A stretch of 64,000 nucleotides of DNA, taken from assembly GCF_988242995.1 (NCBI RefSeq), contig NZ_OZ547043.1. One strand, given 5' to 3'. Numbering within the stretch: the stretch's first letter is position 1; each line of letters opens with the position of its first letter. Positions 58,059-64,000 of the stretch are shown here, piece after piece. The notes beneath the pieces were generated by a model that saw only the letters and a program-made list of their open reading frames with translations, was not told the DNA's origin and did no database searches. The position numbers and the translations under genes were made by a program.

Positions 58059-59261
58059 TTAACTGGCTTTTTTAATATGCGGAAGGTCGAACGCTTTGCG
58101 CAGCGCCCGAACAAACGCTTTATCGTGGCAGATAGTTTTGCCAGGGCTGTCAGAAAGTTTCGCCACCGGTTTACCGTTACACTCTACCAACTTAATGACA
58201 ATATTCAGGGGTTTTACCTGGGGGATATCGCAGGTCAGGCGAGTCCCAATACCAAAACTTAATTGCACGCGGGAAGAGAAATGGCGGTATAGCTCAACCG
58301 CTTTGCGTAAATCCAGATTGTCAGAGAAAACCAGCGTTTTACTCTGTGGATCAATTCCCAGCTTCTCATAATGTGCAATGGCTTTTTCACCCCATTCAAC
58401 CGGGTCGCCGGAGTCATGACGCAGGCCCTGATAGCGACTGGCGAACTCGACACCGAAATCACGCAGGAAAGCATCCATAGTGATGCAGTCGGTTAATGCA
58501 ATGCCAAGTTGGTCGGGATATTCTTCCAGCCAGGCAGCAAGTGCAGCTCGCTGGCTGTTGGCTAGATCCGGGCTGATTTGCTGATGCGCCTGGAACCATT
58601 CGTGTGCCTGTGTTCCCATCGGCGTGAGGGAAAGCCGACGCGCCAGATCGTAGTTGCTGGTGCCCACGAACCAGGATTCCTGTTGCAGACGTTTCACGAT
58701 GGTTTCTTGTACTTCACGAGAAAAACGTCGGCGGGTGCCAAAATCCATCAGATGGAAGCGCGACATATCAAGACCGGCGGTTAATGCCGAGAAGTCGGCT
58801 AATTTGCTTTCCAGCGTGTCGAGGGCTTGCGCAACGTCGGCCTGCGGTGAGCGATAGCGATGTACCATTTCACTGATAACCGCCAGCAAAGGAACTTCCC
58901 AGAGGATGACTTCACGCCACGGGCCGCTTAAACGAATATCCAGCTTGCCATTATCGTTGGACACGGTGACTTGTTCCGGGTTAAAGCGGAACTCGCGTAG
59001 CCAGTTAAGATAGTCGGCCTTAAAGAAAGGCAGGGCTGAGAGCCATTGATATTCATCATCCTGCAGGCGCAGGTGCTGCATCGCCTGAACCTGTTCACGA
59101 ATAGCATCGGCATAAATACCCAGCAGATCGTCACCTCGGCAACGAAACTCCGCCGCGACATGCACATCGTAATAGTGATGAAACACGGCTTGCTGCATAT
59201 GCAACTTATAAGCATCTGTATCCAGCAACGAGTGCAGAACAGGAGAAGCGAATTGTGTCAT
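58059..59261 (-). CDS. pncB: Nicotinate phosphoribosyltransferase PncB
   Basis: [39 protein letters not shown] in ORF 58059..59309; start at the internal Met (400 aa). Confidence 0.93.
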   Translation of the reverse strand: MTQFASPVLHSLLDTDAYKLHMQQAVFHHYYDVHVAAEFRCRGDDLLGIYADAIREQVQAMQHLRLQDDEYQWLSALPFFKADYLNWLREFRFNPEQVTVSNDNGKLDIRLSGPWREVILWEVPLLAVISEMVHRYRSPQADVAQALDTLESKLADFSALTAGLDMSRFHLMDFGTRRRFSREVQETIVKRLQQESWFVGTSNYDLARRLSLTPMGTQAHEWFQAHQQISPDLANSQRAALAAWLEEYPDQLGIALTDCITMDAFLRDFGVEFASRYQGLRHDSGDPVEWGEKAIAHYEKLGIDPQSKTLVFSDNLDLRKAVELYRHFSSRVQLSFGIGTRLTCDIPQVKPLNIVIKLVECNGKPVAKLSDSPGKTICHDKAFVRALRKAFDLPHIKKAS

Positions 59262-59526
59262 AGGTGCGCAGTAGCGTCCTCGTACAGGAGCGTTTAGTAC
59301 AATAAACATCTTCAGGAACTGCTGGAGTATACCTTGTTTCGCAATTTATTGAACCCCGATCACACCATATGCCACCTTTCTGGTCGATGGCATTACGCGG
59401 TGCATGTTATAAAAATGTAGCAATAAAGGCGTTTGTACCTGAAAAGATGAAGATTCTGCATAGCGCGATTTACGCAACAGGAATAGACTGAACACCAGAC
59501 TCTATAAAAGATGCTAAAGGTTATTT

Positions 59527-62139
59527 ATGACTCAACAGCCACAAGCCAAATACCGTCACGATTATCGTGCGCCGGATTACCAGATTACTGATATTGACTT
59601 GACCTTTGACCTGGACGCGCAAAAGACGGTCGTTACCGCGGTCAGCCAGGCTGTCCGTAATGGTGCATCAGATGCTCCGCTTCGTCTTGATGGCGAAGAT
59701 CTTAAACTGGTTTCTGTTCATATTAATGATGAGCCGTGGACCGCCTGGAAAGAAGAAGAGGGCGCACTGGTCATCAGTAATTTGCCGGAGCGTTTTACGC
59801 TTAAGATCGTTAATGAAATTAGCCCGGCGACGAATACCGCGCTGGAAGGGCTTTATCAGTCAGGCGATGCGCTTTGCACTCAGTGTGAAGCCGAAGGTTT
59901 CCGCCATATTACGTATTATCTTGACCGCCCGGACGTACTGGCGCGTTTTACCACCAAAATTATTGCCGATAAAACCAAATATCCCTTCCTGCTTTCCAAC
60001 GGTAACCGCGTTGCGCAAGGCGAACTGGAAAACGGACGTCATTGGGTACAGTGGCAGGACCCGTTCCCGAAACCGTGCTACCTGTTTGCGTTGGTGGCAG
60101 GCGACTTCGACGTGCTGCGCGACACCTTCACCACGCGTTCTGGTCGCGAAGTGGCGCTGGAGCTGTACGTCGATCGCGGCAACCTTGATCGTGCGCCGTG
60201 GGCGATGACCTCGCTGAAAAACTCCATGAAATGGGATGAAGAACGCTTCGGCCTGGAGTATGACCTCGACATCTATATGATCGTCGCGGTGGATTTCTTC
60301 AATATGGGCGCAATGGAGAATAAAGGTCTGAATATCTTTAACTCCAAATATGTGCTGGCCCGTACCGACACCGCCACCGATAAAGATTACCTCGATATTG
60401 AGCGTGTTATTGGTCACGAATATTTCCACAACTGGACCGGTAACCGTGTGACCTGCCGCGACTGGTTCCAGCTCAGCCTGAAAGAAGGTTTAACCGTGTT
60501 CCGCGATCAGGAGTTCAGCTCTGACCTTGGTTCCCGCGCGGTAAACCGTATCAACAACGTGCGCACCATGCGCGGATTGCAGTTTGCGGAAGACGCCAGC
60601 CCGATGGCGCACCCGATCCGCCCGGATATGGTCATTGAGATGAACAACTTCTACACCCTGACCGTTTACGAGAAGGGCGCGGAAGTGATTCGCATGATCC
60701 ACACCCTGCTGGGCGAAGAAAACTTCCAGAAAGGGATGCAGCTTTATTTCGAGCGTCATGATGGTAGTGCAGCGACCTGTGACGACTTTGTGCAGGCGAT
60801 GGAAGATGCATCGAATGTCGATCTCTCTCATTTCCGCCGTTGGTACAGCCAGTCCGGTACGCCGGTTGTGACCGTCAAAGACGACTACAATCCAGAAACC
60901 GAGCAGTACACCCTGACCATCAGCCAGCGCACGCCAGCTACGCCGGATCAGGCAGAAAAACAGCCGCTGCATATTCCGTTTGCCATCGAACTGTATGATA
61001 ACGAAGGCAAAGTGATCCCGTTGCAGAAAGGCGGTCATCCGGTCAATTCGGTGCTGAACGTCACCCAGGCGGAACAGACCTTTGTCTTTGATAATGTCTA
61101 CTTCCAGCCGGTGCCTGCGCTGCTGTGCGAATTCTCTGCGCCAGTGAAACTGGAATATAAGTGGAGCGATCAGCAACTGACCTTCCTGATGCGTCATGCG
61201 CGTAATGATTTCTCCCGCTGGGATGCGGCGCAAAGCCTGCTGGCAACCTACATCAAGCTGAACGTCGCGCGTCATCAGCAAGGGCAGCCGCTGTCTCTGC
61301 CGGTGCATGTGGCTGACGCTTTCCGCGCGGTGCTGCTTGATGAGAAGATTGATCCGGCACTGGCGGCAGAAATCCTGACGCTGCCTTCCGTCAATGAAAT
61401 GGCAGAACTGTTCGATATCATCGACCCGATTGCTATTGCTGAAGTACGCGAAGCACTCACTCGTACTCTGGCGACTGAACTGGCGGATGAGCTACTGGCT
61501 ATTTACAACGCGAATTACCAGAGCGAGTACCGTGTTGAGCATGAAGATATTGCAAAACGCACTCTGCGTAATGCCTGCCTGCGCTTCCTTGCTTTTGGTG
61601 AAACGCATCTGGCTGACGTGCTGGTGAGCAAGCAATACCATGAAGCAAACAATATGACCGATGCGCTGGCAGCGCTTTCTGCGGCGGTTGCTGCACAGCT
61701 GCCTTGCCGTGACGCGCTGATGCAGGAGTACGACGACAAGTGGCATCAGGATGGTCTGGTGATGGATAAATGGTTTATCCTGCAAGCCACCAGCCCGGCG
61801 GCGAATGTGCTGGAGACGGTGCGTGGCCTGTTGCAGCATCGCTCATTTACCATGAGCAACCCGAACCGTATTCGTTCGTTGATTGGTGCGTTTGCGGGCA
61901 GCAACCCGGCAGCGTTCCATGCCGAAGATGGCAGCGGTTACCAGTTCCTGGTGGAAATGCTAACCGATCTCAACAGCCGTAACCCGCAGGTGGCTTCACG
62001 CCTGATTGAGCCGCTGATTCGCCTGAAACGTTACGATGCCAAACGTCAGGAGAAAATGCGCGCGGCGCTGGAGCAGTTGAAAGGGCTGGAAAATCTCTCT
62101 GGCGATCTGTACGAGAAGATAACTAAAGCACTGGCTTGA
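59527..62139 (+). CDS. pepN: Aminopeptidase N PepN
   Basis: ORF 59527..62139, 870 aa, GAMEN and HEYFHNWTGN zinc motifs. Confidence 0.97.
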   Translation: MTQQPQAKYRHDYRAPDYQITDIDLTFDLDAQKTVVTAVSQAVRNGASDAPLRLDGEDLKLVSVHINDEPWTAWKEEEGALVISNLPERFTLKIVNEISPATNTALEGLYQSGDALCTQCEAEGFRHITYYLDRPDVLARFTTKIIADKTKYPFLLSNGNRVAQGELENGRHWVQWQDPFPKPCYLFALVAGDFDVLRDTFTTRSGREVALELYVDRGNLDRAPWAMTSLKNSMKWDEERFGLEYDLDIYMIVAVDFFNMGAMENKGLNIFNSKYVLARTDTATDKDYLDIERVIGHEYFHNWTGNRVTCRDWFQLSLKEGLTVFRDQEFSSDLGSRAVNRINNVRTMRGLQFAEDASPMAHPIRPDMVIEMNNFYTLTVYEKGAEVIRMIHTLLGEENFQKGMQLYFERHDGSAATCDDFVQAMEDASNVDLSHFRRWYSQSGTPVVTVKDDYNPETEQYTLTISQRTPATPDQAEKQPLHIPFAIELYDNEGKVIPLQKGGHPVNSVLNVTQAEQTFVFDNVYFQPVPALLCEFSAPVKLEYKWSDQQLTFLMRHARNDFSRWDAAQSLLATYIKLNVARHQQGQPLSLPVHVADAFRAVLLDEKIDPALAAEILTLPSVNEMAELFDIIDPIAIAEVREALTRTLATELADELLAIYNANYQSEYRVEHEDIAKRTLRNACLRFLAFGETHLADVLVSKQYHEANNMTDALAALSAAVAAQLPCRDALMQEYDDKWHQDGLVMDKWFILQATSPAANVLETVRGLLQHRSFTMSNPNRIRSLIGAFAGSNPAAFHAEDGSGYQFLVEMLTDLNSRNPQVASRLIEPLIRLKRYDAKRQEKMRAALEQLKGLENLSGDLYEKITKALA

Positions 62140-62146
62140 TAAATAA

Positions 62147-62177
62147 CCGAATGGCGGCAATAGCGCCGCCATTCGGG
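62147..62177. terminator. Bidirectional terminator hairpin between pepN (+) and ssuB (-)
   Basis: ccgaatggcggcaatagcgccgccattcgg: 11-12 bp GC-rich stem. Confidence 0.6.
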
Positions 62178-62180
62178 AAT

Positions 62181-62948
62181 TTACCCCTGTTTTCTCAGGC
62201 GAGTTTCAGATTCACCACGCTGCATCACCCGTTGCAACACTTCCGCTTCCAGCTCCGCTAATCGCACCGACCCTAACCGGCGCGGACGGGGGATATCCAC
62301 CGTCAAATCCAGACCAATTTTTCCCTCTTCAATTAACAACACCCGGTCAGCCATTGCTACCGCTTCGCTCACATCATGCGTCACCAACAGTACGGTAAAG
62401 CCGTGCTCCTGCCAAAGTGACACAATCAAATCCTGCATCTCGAGCCGAGTCAGGGCGTCCAGCGCCCCGAGCGGTTCATCAAGCAATAATAAACCCGGTC
62501 GATGAATCAACGCTCTTGCCAGCGCCACTCGCTGTTTCTGCCCGCCTGAAAGTGCGGCAGGCCATTCCCCTGCGCGATTCTCCAGTCCTACTGCAGCCAA
62601 CGCCCGACGCGCGGCATCGCGCCACTGGCCTTTAAGGCCTAACCCAACGTTATCAATCACCGATTTCCACGGCAGCAGACGCGCATCCTGAAACATCATT
62701 CGCGTGTCTTCCTGAATCTCAGCCAGCGGTGTGGAACCCGCTAACACATCGCCAGCGGTTGGCGTTTCCAGACCTGCCAGCAGGCGCAGCAGGGTACTTT
62801 TGCCACCACCGCTGCGGCCCACCACCGCCACAAACTGACCAGCCGGAATATGTAAATCCAGTTGGTTCAGGACGATATTTTCCGCGTAATGTTTGCTTAC
62901 TGCATTGAGCAACAATGGTGTGCCCTGGTTCAGACGAGCAGTATTCAT
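62181..62948 (-). CDS. ssuB: Aliphatic sulfonate ABC transporter ATP-binding protein SsuB
   Basis: ORF 62181..62948 (-), 255 aa, Walker [10 protein letters not shown] and signature LSGGQKQR. Confidence 0.93.
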   Translation of the reverse strand: MNTARLNQGTPLLLNAVSKHYAENIVLNQLDLHIPAGQFVAVVGRSGGGKSTLLRLLAGLETPTAGDVLAGSTPLAEIQEDTRMMFQDARLLPWKSVIDNVGLGLKGQWRDAARRALAAVGLENRAGEWPAALSGGQKQRVALARALIHRPGLLLLDEPLGALDALTRLEMQDLIVSLWQEHGFTVLLVTHDVSEAVAMADRVLLIEEGKIGLDLTVDIPRPRRLGSVRLAELEAEVLQRVMQRGESETRLRKQG

Positions 62949-63736
62949 ACCGTGGCCTCCTTCAAATGATAAGCCGGGTTCCAGCGCAACCAGAGGCGCT
63001 CTAACAGCTGCGCGCTGACGTCAGCCAGTTTGCCGAGCAGGGCGTAAAGAATAATGGCGACCACCACCACGTCCGTTTGCAAAAACTCCCGCGCATTCAT
63101 CGCCAGATAACCAATGCCGGAATTGGCAGAAATGGTTTCGGCAACAATCAACGTCAGCCACATCAGGCCCAATGCAAAACGCACGCCGACCATAATTGAG
63201 GGCAGGGCACCAGGCAGGATCACATGGATAAACAGCGGTATGCCGGATAATCCATAGCTACGCGCCATTTCCACCAGACCGCGATCGATATTACGGATGC
63301 CGTGCCAGGTGTTGATATAAATGGGGAATAGCGTGCCGAGCGCCACCAGAAAGATTTTTGCGGATTCATCAATGCCAAACCACAAAATCACCAGCGGGAT
63401 CAGCGCCAGATGCGGCACGTTACGCAACATCTGAATGGAGGTATCCAGCAGCCGTTCTCCCCAGCGAGATAGCCCGCTAATCAGTCCCAAAATCAACCCC
63501 AGCGATCCGCCAATTGAAAAGCCAATGAGCGCCCGCCAGGAGCTGATCGCCAGATGCTGCCACAATTCGCCGCTGGCGGAGAGCGTCCAGAACGCCATCA
63601 CCACTCCTTCCGGTGAGGGCAAAATACGCGTTGACAGCCAGCCAACTGAGGAGGCCAGTTGCCACACCGCCACGATGCCCACCGGTAAAAACCAGGGGGC
63701 AACGCGCAATAACCACTTTTTCACTGGCGTTGCCAT
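62945..63736 (-). CDS. ssuC: Aliphatic sulfonate ABC transporter permease SsuC
   Basis: ORF 62945..63736 (-), 263 aa, polytopic permease; 4-bp overlap with ssuB. Confidence 0.93.
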   Translation of the reverse strand: MATPVKKWLLRVAPWFLPVGIVAVWQLASSVGWLSTRILPSPEGVVMAFWTLSASGELWQHLAISSWRALIGFSIGGSLGLILGLISGLSRWGERLLDTSIQMLRNVPHLALIPLVILWFGIDESAKIFLVALGTLFPIYINTWHGIRNIDRGLVEMARSYGLSGIPLFIHVILPGALPSIMVGVRFALGLMWLTLIVAETISANSGIGYLAMNAREFLQTDVVVVAIILYALLGKLADVSAQLLERLWLRWNPAYHLKEATV

Positions 63737-63747
63737 TATCGTATTCC

Positions 63748-64000
63748 TTAGCTTTGCGCGACTTTACGGGGGATAAAATCATTTGCCACCGCTTCGCCTT
63801 GCAGATTCAGCGGTTGTGGCTGGGGTATTTCCGGGATGGCAACATCCAGATGCGGAAACAGCAACTCGCCAACCCGATACGCTTCTTCCAGATGCGGGTA
63901 GCCCGAAAGCACAAAACTGTCGATGCCAAGTGCAGCGTATTCGTTGATTCGCGCGGCGACCGTCGGACCATCGCCCACCAGCGCCGTCCCGGCACCGCCG
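63748..64000 (-). CDS. ssuD: Alkanesulfonate monooxygenase SsuD, C-terminal part only (gene continues beyond the window end)
   Basis: Minus-strand translation ...[75 protein letters not shown] matches the SsuD C-terminus; the 5' part lies beyond the window end. Confidence 0.85.
   Translation of the reverse strand, partial: GGAGTALVGDGPTVAARINEYAALGIDSFVLSGYPHLEEAYRVGELLFPHLDVAIPEIPQPQPLNLQGEAVANDFIPRKVAQS

Overview
This window reads as a conserved Escherichia coli chromosomal backbone (K-12-like order lrp-ftsK-lolA-rarA-serS-dmsABC-ycaC-ycaD-ycaM-pflA-pflB-focA-ycaO-ycaP-serC-aroA-ycaL-cmk-rpsA-ihfB-ycaI-msbA-lpxK-ycaQ-ycaR-kdsB-ycbJ-elyC-cmoM-mukFEB-ldtD-mepK-gloC-aspC-ompF-asnS-pncB-pepN-ssuBC-ssuD'), recognised from the translated ORFs and my memory of the protein sequences; no search was run. 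All 45 or so housekeeping genes appear intact and full length. I did not find an unknown gene system: every sizeable ORF that is not a known gene is antisense to one. What departs from the K-12 arrangement as I recall it is: (1) two identical IS200 copies in direct orientation bracketing the dmsABC operon, each sitting next to a terminator hairpin; (2) an IS4 copy with an 11-bp target-site duplication placed 10 bp upstream of the elyC start codon, in the divergent elyC / cmoM-mukFEB promoter region; (3) an apparent absence of ycaN and ycaK between ycaM and pflA; (4) a longer FtsK linker from extra 39-bp tandem repeats; (5) an OmpF variant with altered predicted surface loops. Hairpin and binding-site coordinates were located by eye and are approximate.
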